64,000 nt of DNA, taken from contig OZ024741.1 in the NCBI GenBank assembly GCA_964016885.1, positions 57,288,001 to 57,352,000 of the forward strand, in the 5' to 3' direction. Shown in pieces: positions 13,497 through 25,226 of this stretch. Below the pieces are notes generated by a model. The model did not search any database. It was not told the origin of the DNA and worked only from the letters and a program-made list of their open reading frames with translations. How positions within the stretch are numbered: position 1 is the stretch's first letter; each line of letters begins with the position of its first letter. The DNA comes from Eledone cirrhosa (Eukaryota). Both the position numbers and the translations under genes were made by a program.

Positions 13497-13834
13497 TATA
13501 TTACTAAATCCCTCCAAATTCTTTTTATTTGAAAACTATAGGTAGTGTACTTTTACTTAAAAGGGTTAAAAATCATTGATTGTATTGTAGAACTAAAGGT
13601 GATTTCATGCAGTTTGCTGTTAAATGAGAGGATGGAAGAAATTTATAACCTTTAAAGACAGTCGCTAGTGACATTAATGATGATGATAATATAGTAATAA
13701 TAATTAGTTTTGAATATATAACCCATTACATAAACATTCTCTTAATAAATCAACTCATTATTATATAAGCGCGTAGTGAAACAAAACAAAATTTAATTCC
13801 ATTTGACACGTATATTTTGATTGATTTATATATA

Positions 13835-13914
13835 CAAGGTGTCCCCCCCCCCCCAAAAAAAAATGTATACATACCTCAGCAGCATTCCATATGTGTATAC
13901 ATTTTTGGGGACAG

Positions 13915-13918
<4 letters not shown>
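13835..13918. mobile_element. tiny Tc1/mariner-type MITE
   Basis: TA-CAAGGTGTCCCC..AAAAATGTATACA / TGTATACATTTTTGGGGACAGTCTG-TA inverted termini. Confidence 0.75.
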
Positions 13919-13952
<34 letters not shown>

Positions 13953-14329
13953 CATACACACATACACACACACACATACACAGCCTGTCAAGTATACACT
14001 TGTTTTTGATGATGATTGTTTCAGTTATTCAATCAATAGAACTGCTTGTTCATGAAATCAATGTCTAAGTGGCTGAGTATTCCACAAACATGTGTATCTG
14101 ATATAATTGTTAGAGAGATTCAGTGTAACACAAGAGATTAAGGCTTGCACTTTAAATTGCCGGTACAGTCCATCTGGTGGCCTTCCAAACAGTTTGTCTA
14201 CCCAATATCACTCACAAGACATTTATTTACTCAGGCCCTGGTAAATAACACTTGCCCAAGATGCCACATAGTACGATTGAACCCCTGACTTGATGATTGC
14301 AACAGTCTATTTTGTGTGTGTGTGTGCCT

Positions 14330-14525
14330 TTAACTCTTTAGCGTTTAAACTAATTCTCTCAACTCTTTTTATTCAAATTGGCTATAACCAGCTGCTCATA
14401 CTGATGTTATGGTATTGTTCTCAAAATAAGTATCAAAATCTCATAGATTCAGTATTATGTGAGGTAAAGCCTTTACCGTGAAAATATAATAGTATATATA
14501 GAGTAATGTAAATACTAAGGGTTAA
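14330..14525 (+). mobile_element. piggyBac-type MITE family A
   Basis: TTAA-CTCTTTAGCGTTT ... AAATACTAAGGG-TTAA. Confidence 0.8.
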
Positions 14526-14708
14526 TATAGACTTAGGTAAATTTAGCAATTCATTTTTAGAACGGGCGTTTCAGGCTATATTTCGATGGGGGGGGCAATC
14601 AGTATGACTGAAACAGGTAAGATCATTGACCTTTTGACACCAAACTACCTGAAACTACTCTTGGTTCTATAAGTGAAAGCTGCTTGTTTCAAAGTGTTTA
14701 TATTTATT

Positions 14709-14905
14709 TCAACCGGCTATATCTGGCGAGAATTCTCTCACCTCTTTCTGTTCAAACCGGCTATAACCAGCCTCTCATACTGATGTTAAGGTATTGTTCT
14801 CAAAATAAATATCAAAATCACATAGATTTGATATTATGTGAGTTAAAGCCTTTACCATGAAAATATAATAGTAAATATAAAGTAATGTAAATGCTAAAGG
14901 GTTAA
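14709..14905 (+). mobile_element. piggyBac-type MITE family A lacking left TIR, nested in a family B MITE
   Basis: Same body, ends AAATGCTAAAGGG-TTAA. Confidence 0.75.
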
Positions 14906-15390
14906 AATCCTTTTATGATTATTTTATATAATAACCTTTGTTCCAAATACCATTTTAAATAGAGAAAGTTTGTCATAATTACTAAATTCCTCCAAATTTT
15001 TAATTATTTTCCAAATTATTTGAAAATGGCAATGAAATTGTTAAAGAATTTGATAATTTTCTTTTCCTGGAGCCAAGGCTATCCAGCTGCCTGACTACTG
15101 AAATAGCTGTGCATTTGACACTATATAACAGCTGATAGCTGGTTCAGTCTAATATGTAGACTAATTCTAACATACTCAATTGCAGTGACACTCTGCAGCT
15201 ATTAAAGTGATTGTCACTACTTAAAAAAATAGCCGATAGTTGGCTAGATAGATTAACATGCTTCATAGGTCATGACTGACAAACTTATTTACACAAAAAC
15301 ACGCGTACAAACATCTACACATACACACATATTTACACACACACACAAATGCATGAGTCAAGTGCAATTGCCTATCATCCCCCCCCCCCC

Positions 15391-15392
<2 letters not shown>

Positions 15393-15423
<31 letters not shown>

Positions 15424-15625
15424 TGCCATAAGGTAAAAGAGAAGACACTTTTCTTCAGAAGAGCACCTATCATTGCTACCCCAGTGATGCGGCCCCAGGT
15501 GGTGTGTGGGAGCCAATGTCGGGCCGCTTCGTGGTCCCAGTGGAGAAAATATTGGCCTGAGAAATGGCGAGGGAGACGTGTTAGAATAGCCATTCCAACA
15601 TATGGGGCTTGCTCTTGCAACATAA
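15393..15625 (-). mobile_element. 3' end of CRE-like (restriction-like endonuclease) non-LTR element with poly(A)
   Basis: Minus strand reads LEWLF*HVSLAISQANIFS, resembling the 'WLFQRISLAxxRGNAxS' C-terminus, followed by a ~30-nt poly(A). Confidence 0.55.
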
Positions 15626-16243
15626 ACATTCACACATATTTAAAGAGCAGAAATGTATTTGACCCTCTAACACTTTCATCATATTTTGAATGAAAGACAT
15701 TGCCTGAGATTTTCATCTAATTTTTTTAAAAATCAAGAATTTGTAGAGATTTTAGTAATAAAACTTTCTCGTTATTAAGCTGGTGTTTCGAACATAACCT
15801 AACAAATGTTCTTACATAAAATTATGATGGAAAGCTTTTATATTTAAATATAAACATTTTAAAACAAATGGTGTTGTATCCTAAAGACAAAAGCAGCTTC
15901 AAGCAGTTTGTTATCCAAAGGGTTAATATAACTCTTTCATTAACATACTTTTAATGAAATACACTACATAGTATTTTCAAATAATTTTGAAATATAACTA
16001 ACTTTCTCATTATTAAATTGGTGTTTAGAATATAAAAAAAGCTTCAACATGAAATTATGATGGAAGATTTTTAGATTTATATGCACATGTTAGCCTCTTT
16101 TTTTTTTGAAAACCATATTTCTAATGAAAGACACTGCCTACTATTTTCAGATAGTTGAGAATTTGGAATTTTCTCATTATTAAGCTGGTGTTTGGAACAT
16201 AAATTAATATGCTTTTACATATATTATGAGAGAAGGTTTAGGT

Positions 16244-16457
16244 TTAGCTCTTTAACATTTAAACCAGCTGTATCCAGCCAGAATTCTCTCACCTCTTTCT
16301 GTTCAAACTGGCCATAACTGGCCACTCATACTGATGTTAAGGTATTGTTCTCAAAATAAATATCAAAATCTCATAGATTCAGTATTATGTGAGATAATTA
16401 TGTAAGATAAAGTTTACTGCAAAAATACAATAGTAAATATGGAGTATATATGGATTA
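16244..16457 (+). mobile_element. piggyBac-type MITE family A, degraded ends
   Basis: Body matches other family A copies. Confidence 0.7.
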
Positions 16458-16611
16458 ATAAACTTTAAAATCTTGTATAATAGAGCCAAGGGCATTTTCA
16501 GGTAATTTCATATCAAAAGGGATAATTTAAAATGGTATGGTATTATTTGAAGATTTTCTTTGCTATTTCTAGTGTACCAAATGACCACATAGTCCTTAGG
16601 CATATAACTAT

Positions 16612-16856
16612 TTAACCATTTCAATATCAAATTACCTAAAACTACCCCTCGTTCTATGATACTAAGCTGTATATTTTTAAGTGTTTATATTTATCTAAAA
16701 CCCTTCCATCATAATTTTATCTAAGAACATATTATGTTCCAAGCACCATCTTGATAATAAGAAAATTATTTATATGATTAAATCTCTCCAAATTCTTGCT
16801 TATCTAAAAAATATAACCAGTATCTTTCATTTGAAATATGGTAACAATAAAGTTAA
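16612..16856 (-). mobile_element. piggyBac-type MITE family B (~245 bp); further copies near 13-200, 15660-15926, 27424-27830, 52979-53240, 54790-55408
   Basis: TTAA flanks with CCCTTTTG(A/T)TACCA-like termini across copies; shared core AAGCTGGTGTTTGGAACATAA...AAATTATGATGGAAGG. Confidence 0.7.
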
Positions 16857-17111
16857 CTCTTTCTTGACTGTCTGACAATAGCTGTGTCATTCTTACTTCA
16901 GTGTTAAGTGATTATTAACTAGTGGTAAAGTAGAGATCCAGCTGTAAAAACAATGCCAAATGTACAAATTTTCCCAGAAAATGCACTACTTATATTTACA
17001 TGGAAATGAGTCAAGGCATCCTCCACAAAATTACTTGACCTACTAGAACTAGTAACTAAATCCCCAAGAATTCACACCACAAAGTCTTAGTAAGTTCTGA
17101 ACACTTTAGAT

Positions 17112-17582
17112 CAGAGGTCTCAAATTCAAGGATTTAAAAGTGTCATAATATCCTGAGAAAGAGTTACAGCTGGCCAAAAGCAAGATGGGAAACAGAGGAG
17201 CATGATTTCCAGTTACCCCTCCACAAAAATAGCTCTTTGAAACAAGCCGATATAGATTTCACTAATGTTCTTATTAAGATTGTTTTTAAATGTATATAAA
17301 ATTAGATATATATTTCTATTTTTAAACTTTTGATCTTGAAGTGAAAGCAAGTGAAATATTAAAGTACATTCTATCCTTCTCTGGGGAGAAATATGATCAG
17401 ACACTGGCTGATCTTAAAACTGACTCTGTTTCTATTAGGTTGGCAGGTCAAGTTTAATATTGCTGCTGCTGCTGCTGCTGAAAGAATATGGAAGGGGCAA
17501 GGGACAAATTACCAAGTTTTATGAAAATTGTTCTACTGTGGAGCAGAGAAAAGTAGTTTGCAGGCCACACTTGGGACCCCTA
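17112..17582. mobile_element. hAT (Charlie/Buster-type) MITE
   Basis: TIR CAGAGGTCTCAA / TTGGGACCCCTA; 8-bp TSD CTTTAGAT / CATTAGAT. Confidence 0.7.
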
Positions 17583-18610
17583 CATTAGATAATGTAAGGT
17601 TTTTTTGTTTTTATGTGGTGAATTGGCACAAGCATTAGCAGGCTCTTCAGTTGTGTCATGGGTACAACCACCTCTCTAGTGTTAGTGACATGACAAAATG
17701 CTCCCTGTAGAGTGGTTCGGGATAGGAGGGCCATTCAACAGTGAAAAAACTTATGAAACAAACATCAAAATAAATGACCAGTAATATCAGAGTGATGGCG
17801 TTGGCGCCAAACCTGTTCTTTTTTTTATGTAAACCAAAGAAATCTGATCTTTATTACCATGTAAAGAAAGGATGTGTGTATCATCAGCAGCATAGGTTAG
17901 ACAAAGCTTTCTTCAGGCTGACACCTTTCTTGGCATCACCTCCTAATCACCATCATCATGATCATTGTTTAATGTGCATTTCTTATATTTGCATGGGTTA
18001 GATGGTTTATCACATTCTGAGGCTTAGACCAGTCAGGTGGCCACATCTTGCTCATACATTACATTTAGTTTCTCTGGCTTGATGCTCTTCCTAATGCCAA
18101 CCTCATTACAGGCTATACTGGGGGTGTATTTTCATGTCACCCCCACTAATTTCTTTAAGATGTAATTTAAAACATAGCAAAAATGTGTTTATATCAAATA
18201 TTGTTGGGTTTTAATTTAAATTGGTAGTTTCAAAGGAGTAGTTGATATCAATGGGGTGGTTTTTGTGTCATAGAAGCAGTGCTAGCTTTTGGCCACATTG
18301 GTATTAAAAGGGTTAAAATGGGGTGGTTTATGTGTCATAGAAGCAGAGCTAGCTTTTGGCTGCGTTGGTATTAAAATGGTTGGTTTTGTTTCATAGAAAC
18401 AGCTGAGTTTTGGCTACGTTTGTAGCGAAGGGATTAAACTGTTAAAAGTGGATAGCAAAATATAATGGAAAAATATATACATTAAAACAACAAAAAATAT
18501 AATACTTATTCTACCATAGTCCAATGTTTACCTTCTTTCTGTCAAAGATTTGATTACTCTGAGCTAAGCTAAATCAGCTAGATCAATTAGATCAATCATG
18601 AAAATTAACT

Positions 18611-18783
18611 GGAGCCTGTTGGCCTCAATTTAGGTAATGCTAAGTGCCCAGGTGGAGTCTGTTGGCCTCAACTGAGGTAATGGTCAGTACCCAGGTGGAG
18701 TCTGTTGGCCTCAACTGAGTTAATGCTAAGTGCCTAGACAGAGCCTTTCAGCCCCAATCGAGATAATGCTAAACATCCAGATG
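18611..18783. repeat. 4 x 43-bp minisatellite
   Basis: Unit GGAGTCTGTTGGCCTCAACTGAGGTAATGCTAAGTGCCCAGGT at 18611, 18654, 18697 and 18740. Confidence 0.9.
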
Positions 18784-19551
18784 GGTTAATCCTATTCTTG
18801 TTCAAAGAGGTAAATTTCTAATCAAGGACGCCACATTAAGCATCACATTTTCTGCTCCCAAATTGTCATTTCAGTTACAAACCTAGGCATCTCCTCCTGT
18901 AATGTGGAGGATAGGAAGATAGATAAATACCAAGACTTGGCCAACCACTTCATTTTTGTGCCAGTCACCATTGTGAGTGATGTCCTTGAACTGCTGTTTT
19001 CTCTTAAAATCAGAAGTGCATCCCACCTGAGGACGAACTCTGAGGTTGAGTGACTAATACAAGTGTTGCTGGCTGTTTATCTGCAGGACACAGCTGAGGT
19101 ATACTACCTAGACTGGGGTTTAGAGCAGGAGTTCTCAACCTTTTTTTTGTGTCATCTACCACTTTCACATGGAAAGATTTTTCACCACCCACCTTTGATT
19201 ATTATTTCTTTGTGGAATTTGAAGAAGTACTTATTTTAGATAGTGATGAGTGATGAAATGAACGTATTACACTCCATAAAATGGTGGTGCTGGTGCCATG
19301 ATAAAATGTACTCGATACATTTTCTAAAAAGTGTGTGTTAGTACCACAAAATGTACCTGGTACACTGTAAAGTGGTAGTGTTGGGGGTACCACAATAAAA
19401 TGCACCCAGTACACTCAGTAAAGTAGTGGTAATTTTTTTTTTTTTTTTTTTCCCCCCCCTCTTAACAAATTTTATCACTTTAGTCATATATCTTTTTATT
19501 CATTTTCAGAATTTTGATCTTCATTTACAACCGGAGTTAAATAATTTTTGA

Positions 19552-19566
19552 ATGACCAGCGAGTAA
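19552..19566 (+). promoter_or_regulatory. 4-codon uORF (MTSE*) ending 1 nt before the main ATG
   Basis: ATG ACC AGC GAG TAA G ATG, inside the exon that starts at acceptor TTTTCAG|19510. Confidence 0.5.
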
Positions 19567-19567
19567 G

Positions 19568-20193
19568 ATGTCTGCCGTTAATGGAACTGAGTATATACCA
19601 AAATCAAAGAGCCATCCTCGTCGTAGTGCTGAAGCTCAAGCTTATGCTTTGAGAGTGCGTGATGGTACTGGTAATTTGTTTGGCACAAGCAATGGGCAGA
19701 GTGGGGATTCTTCTATAACGGGAGGTGTGCGTCTCCCAACAGCAGAAGCTAAACGTAACTACGACCTTAATAAAGGATGCATGACTGAAGTGATGGGTGG
19801 TGGAGCAAGGGGTTTGGAAAACAAACCTCTGTCAGTGAACCATAATGAAGGTTTTCGTACGGCTGAGAGCAACAAAGGGGAAGCCATGCGTAATTTAATG
19901 GATAGATATGGAGAATTGGATCTCATTGATCGTCCCATCCCGAAACTGAAGGGTGAAGATGCTCAGCATTATGCTGATCGGAACCATGGCACCATGGACA
20001 TTTTGTTTCACAACTATGGCAACAATGAAAACATTCCCAATACACAAGTCACTCATCGGTTGGGCCACGGAGCCCATGAAAACGCTAAGAAGAATCTTGG
20101 TGCAGAGATGGGACCGTTGTTACGGATGGAAGGAGAAAAGCCAGCTGCCAACATTAAGTATAGCCGTCTTCACCAACAATCCAAGAATGCTTC
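19568..20193 (+). CDS. first coding exon of uncharacterised ~350-aa repeat protein
   Basis: Non-repetitive, relatively GC-rich ORF with an upstream in-frame TAA. Acceptor at 19509, donor TC|GTAAGT at 20194 (phase 2). Five internal motif repeats. Confidence 0.9.
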
Positions 20194-20310
20194 GTAAGTA
20201 CACTTTCTTACTCTCATATTTATTTATGCTTATCATCTGCAGAATAATAGGTTTGATTTCTGGACCAGATATGTGTTCTTGAGCAGGACACTTCATTTCA
20301 CATTTTCATT

Positions 20311-20680
20311 ATAGGTCTGGAGGCCCCTATCATTAAAACACTTGAGAAATTTCATAAGATAAAAGCTTGTAGGAGGTTTGTTAAACCTACATAGAAGTGA
20401 GTTGTAACAACAAGTATGGAGCTCCTATCATTAAAACATCAGGGAACCTCCTATGAGATGCTATATCATAGGCGGCCAGTTAAACCTCTAAAAGTTTGAG
20501 CTATAACATTAATATCCACAAGAAATCTATGAAATAAAACCTCATAGGAGACCAGCTAAACCTACAGATATGTAGATGTGAGCTATAACATGATAGGTCT
20601 GGGGCCACTATCATTAAAACACCCTAGAAACCAATGAGATATAAGCTCATATGAGGCCAGCTAAACATACAGTCGTGGTG
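20311..20680. repeat. ~100-bp degenerate tandem repeat (3-4 units); solo copy at ~41810-41915
   Basis: Recurrent CTATCATTAAAACA...GTTAAACCTAC...GTGAGCTATAACA. Confidence 0.7.
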
Positions 20681-21480
20681 TGAGTATTTAAAGTTTGTGG
20701 GTGTAATTCTCTCCTAAAAAGACATAGCTGTTCCCCAAAATATTATTTCTAGGATTAGACCAAGGGTCAGAAACTGGTAGACCCATATGTAGGCCATTTA
20801 GGTGGACCATGGGCAAAACTGAAAAGAATCAAAAGCAGGTTATTACAAAAATAAGTTGTTGGTCTCTATGTTAGACAGGTAGATTTCAAGGTTGTTGAAA
20901 ACTACCAAAAGTGAAAGGAAAGGGTTTTCAGAATTCAATTAGTAACTCAGGGTTATTTTAACCCTTTTATTACCATATTTCTAATAAAACACACTGCCAA
21001 TAATTTCCAATGAATTTTTTTTTAATCTATAAAAATTTGAAGTGATTCAGCACTATAAACTTTCTCATATTAACCCTTTCATTACTGAATGTGTTTCAGT
21101 TAATGTTGAAAATAATCAATTTGGTGGGTTTTAGTAAAATAGAACACAATAAAGAAATGGTTTTGATGGACAGTTTTAATTTAGCATGGAAAATAGATGT
21201 TAAACAATAATAATAATGATGATGATAGATACTTTAAAATTGGCAGTTTTATCACAAAAGTAGGGGCCGTTTCAGGCAGATTTGGTATTCAAAAAGTTTA
21301 ATGGTTAAATTGATATTAAGCAAAAGTTCTAACATTTTAAAACAAACAGGGTTGTTGTTTTCTTAATCATAGAAGCATGGATTGTTTCAGGTGAGTTGAT
21401 GTGGAAAAGGTTAAGTTGAAAATATGGTAGTTCTTATTGATGTTATCTTTGTGTGCCTTATGAAAATGCTTTGTTTTTAG

Positions 21481-21513
21481 CTATCGATGGAATCGTCATC
21501 TTAAAGGGAGAAG
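21481..21513 (+). CDS. 33-nt symmetric microexon (S)YRWNRHLKGR(S)
   Basis: TGTTTTTAG| ... AAG|GTAAGC; phase 2-2 and open in the frame linking the flanking exons. Confidence 0.65.
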
Positions 21514-22494
21514 GTAAGCAAAAACAGATTCTAAACCCCAGCATTTACCTTGGTGTTGAGTTATTCCACAATAATCTCTAGCATCGTATGCCAGTGTCTG
21601 TCATACAGTTTTCACTTGTTGGCTTTTCCCATGTATATACCCTCACTTCACCCTCCTCTTCACACACACACCGATTGGCTTGTATTAGTAACGTTACCAT
21701 TTGTTTAGTTTTCAGATGATACCCTTTTGCTATTTGTGTGTGTGTCTGTGCAAGTTGCTTGTCTTTATGGAAATTAATCAATGCACTTATAATTAGTAGT
21801 CATTAAGGCATTGGATAGAATGCTTTGCAATGTTTGTTCCAGCTCTCTATACTCTGAATTCAAACCCCATCAAAGTCAACTTGGCCTTTCATCCTTTTGA
21901 GGTCAATGAAGTACCACCCAAGAACTGGGGTTGATTCTTCTTTCTTACTTTCTGTCAATCTTTCTCTGGAAGAAATCGGCTATATTCAGACATAAAGAGG
22001 AATGGGCTCTGCCATGTTTAAAATGCCCAAGACTGTGTCAAAATGGTACCCCTGCAACTCCACCAAAATTTATGAACTTTTTCTCATTCCTTTACATTGT
22101 TGGCTACTTTCATCCATTCTCTCCCATAACTGCCCCTATTCATCCTCTCAGATCACTTCTCTGTAGGTGACATGATAAAATGCACCCAGTACACTCAGTG
22201 AAGTTGTAATGTTGATTGTCAATGAAATATACCCAGCACACTCCAAAAAGTGGTAGTGCTGGTACTATGATAAAATGCACCTAGTTAGCATTAAGAAGGG
22301 CATCCAGCCATAAAAACTATGCCCAAATATGGAATGTATGAGCAAGACAGAACCATCTGACCATGACGTGTCTCGGACTGTAACAACCAATCCAACCCAT
22401 GCCATCATGGAAATTAGATATAAAATATCTCTGAAATTATGTCTACCATAAAACCTTGCTTCCTCCCTGCTCTCCAATATATTATGATAGTTTC

Positions 22495-22830
22495 TATTCA
22501 CATTGCTCCAGTTTACTCAGCTGTAGAAATGAGATGATAGGACTGGGGTCCCTATCATTCCACTGCACAGTGGTCGAGGAGGTGCCACGACAAAAAAGCA
22601 CCCAGCACTCACTGTAAAGTGGACGTGTAGGCGCCACGGAAAAAAAGCACCCAGCACTCACTAAATAAGGTTGGTGTTAGGAAGGGCATCCAGCTGTAGA
22701 AATCAAGCCAGAATCAGTTCCCGTATGAGCAAGACAAGGTCAGCCGACCAGACACTGCCCACAACAGGTCAACCCGTCTAACCCATGCTAGTGTGGAAGA
22801 ACGGACGTAAAATGGTGATGATGATGATGT
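22495..22830 (+). mobile_element. 5'-truncated SINE with tail B
   Basis: Same body as 52376 but ends CCCGT-ATGAGCAAG...CCCGTCTAACCCATGCTAG...GGACGTAAAATGG(TGA)n. Confidence 0.8.
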
Positions 22831-23953
22831 AAACTAAGATAAAGGTACAGCTTAAGGAATTAGGCATCCTCTTCCCATAGTCAAGTCAATGGCAGGCAAC
22901 CTCCCTAGTGTTGTTCACAATAACAATTAACTGTTTATTTTTTGCTTTTTGGTTTTCCGTGTTTAAATATATATTTTAATATATATTTGTTTTTAAAAAT
23001 GCATTTACATGCCACACCTTCCTGTCCCTATAACCTGCTTCAGTTGTTTTCTCTTCATAATATTTGACTATCATCCACTTTATTTTGAACAATTTCCTAT
23101 TTTATTTTTACACGTTGTTTGTGTGCCACTTTGTGACAAGTTTGTCCCCTGTTTGTGCCAAGTTTACGGCATGTTTGTGTCAACGTTTGTACCATGCTTG
23201 TGCTGGGTTTGTGATATGTTTGTGCCAGTGTTTGTACCATGCTTGTTCTGTTTATGACACTACTACAAAGCAAATGCAAGGTTACCATCTGGTAGTAAGT
23301 GCATATAAGATTTAGAAAAGTGATTTATTGGATGATTTTGTTGTGAGTTTTTTTTTTTTCAGTTTACAAATATAAAAGAAACAAATAAATATAATAAACA
23401 AACATTTTAACATTGATTTTTGTTACATATTGGGAAATTGGTTTAGTATGTGTTGGTGTTGGTCATTGTGTAAGTAGACATGTGTGTGTGTATGTATGTA
23501 TATATGCATGTGTATGTATGTATATATGCATGTGTATGTATGTATATATGCATGTGTATGTATGTATATATGCATGTGTATATATGTGTGTGTATATATG
23601 TATGTTTTCTACCATCTATGTATTCCTTTCCTATGCACCTTACTACTTTAATATTCCACTTTTCTCCTTATCAAGACCAATTTTTCATACAAGCCCCACG
23701 TTGTCACCCTAACCCCCGACATATTGTTTTTTGGATAACCTGAAAGAAATCAGCTTCGTTTGTTTCAACCTACCACCACCCAGTTCCACACTGTAAACAT
23801 GGTTGGTGTTAGGAGGGGCATCCAGCTGTAAAAATACAATTCCGTTTGAGCAAGGTACAGTGTGGCCAGGCTCATATAACGTGGACGATCCGTCTAACCC
23901 ATGCAAGCATGGAAAATAAATGTTTAATTGTGATGATGATGTGTGTGTATGTA

Positions 23954-23995
<42 letters not shown>

Positions 23996-23998
<3 letters not shown>

Positions 23999-24270
23999 GT
24001 CGTGGAGGTGGAGGTGCCACGGCAAAAAAGCACCCAGCACTCACTGTAAATGAGGTTGGTGTTAGGAAGGGCATCCAGCTGTAGAAATCAAGCCAGAATC
24101 AGTTCCCGTCCCACCCTTGCAAGCAGGGAAAGGTGGACGTAAAATGAAATGATGATGATGATATATATAAGCAAGACATGGTCAGCCGGCTGGGCACTGC
24201 CCTCAACAGGAACCCGTCTAACCCATGCTAGCGTGGAAGAATGGATGTAAAATGGTGATGATGATGATAT
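23996..24270 (+). mobile_element. SINE 3' half carrying tail A followed by tail B
   Basis: ...CAGTTCCCGT-CCCACCCTTGCAAGCAGGG...(ATG)n then AGCAAGACATGGTCAGCC...CCCGTCTAACCCATGCTAGC...(ATG)n. Confidence 0.8.
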
Positions 24271-24935
24271 GTATATATGTAACTATTGTATGTATATATT
24301 GTATGTATGTATGTATATATATATGTAACTATTACGTAACCTCTGCAAGATATTCACACTTCATTAATGCACAACTTACAAGACACTGCTCCATTTCCGT
24401 ATGGCCTCAAATATAGTGAGTTTTCCATTGAATGGAGAAATTCATGTCTGCATCCTTGAGTGACCATATGTGGCTTGCCAGCTTCATGAACAATCACTTA
24501 TCAGTGTCTAATGGTCAAGGAAGCACTCTTTAAACTAGCCCTCCGACATATCTACATATGTTTTGACCTCCTGCTCACCCATACCACATGGGAAGGGTCT
24601 AGAAAGGGTGACCTAAACGAAGCCTGTTCTGTCATCAAATTGGTCAACAGCATATATGTATGTATTTATGTATATCATCATCATCACCGTTTAACATCAA
24701 TTTTTCCATGTTGGCATGGGTTAGACGAGTTGTCTTGTGGGAAATACCAAGTCAGATGACAATGCCTTGCTCATACAGCAATGCTTTTGGCTTGGTTTCT
24801 ACAGCTTGATGCCCTTCCTAACACCAACACGACCACTTTACAGTGTGGGCTGGATGCTTTTTTGTTGTGACGCCTATACGACTTTACAAAATGTGTGCAT
24901 GTATGTATGTATATATATATAGAGAGAGAGAGAGA

Positions 24936-25226
24936 TATATTTATTTCCCACAAGAGCGCACAAGAAAAGGGGACAATACAAAGACATGCCGGGGATTTTA
25001 CATACAGTCGTGTAAAAAAATATAAAACAAACAATTACAACAATCGAAATCCCCAATAGTGGGGAAGTGCCACAAATGGGTTGTTTAATATCCCGTTGAT
25101 AGAACAACCCTCAACTCCAGGAGCGTGTTGTGCAAGTGCTCCTTTCTTCCTTTTGCTCTCTTCTAAGGCCCAATCACTCGGGCCATTTTCGCTTCATTCA
25201 CCCACCTTTCAGTAAATTTACTGGGA
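24936..25226 (-). mobile_element. 3' end fragment of a Tx1/L1-like LINE
   Basis: Minus strand ends an ORF (PSKFTERWVNEAKMARVIGP*). Its 3' UTR shares CCCCAATAG.GGGGAA and the terminal AATAAA with the element at 55957. Confidence 0.6.

Noticed and set aside
15349-15693. + strand 114-aa ORF as an upstream exon
   Set aside because: Spans poly-C and poly-T tracts and is better explained as an antisense retroelement tip. The true ATG has an upstream in-frame stop.
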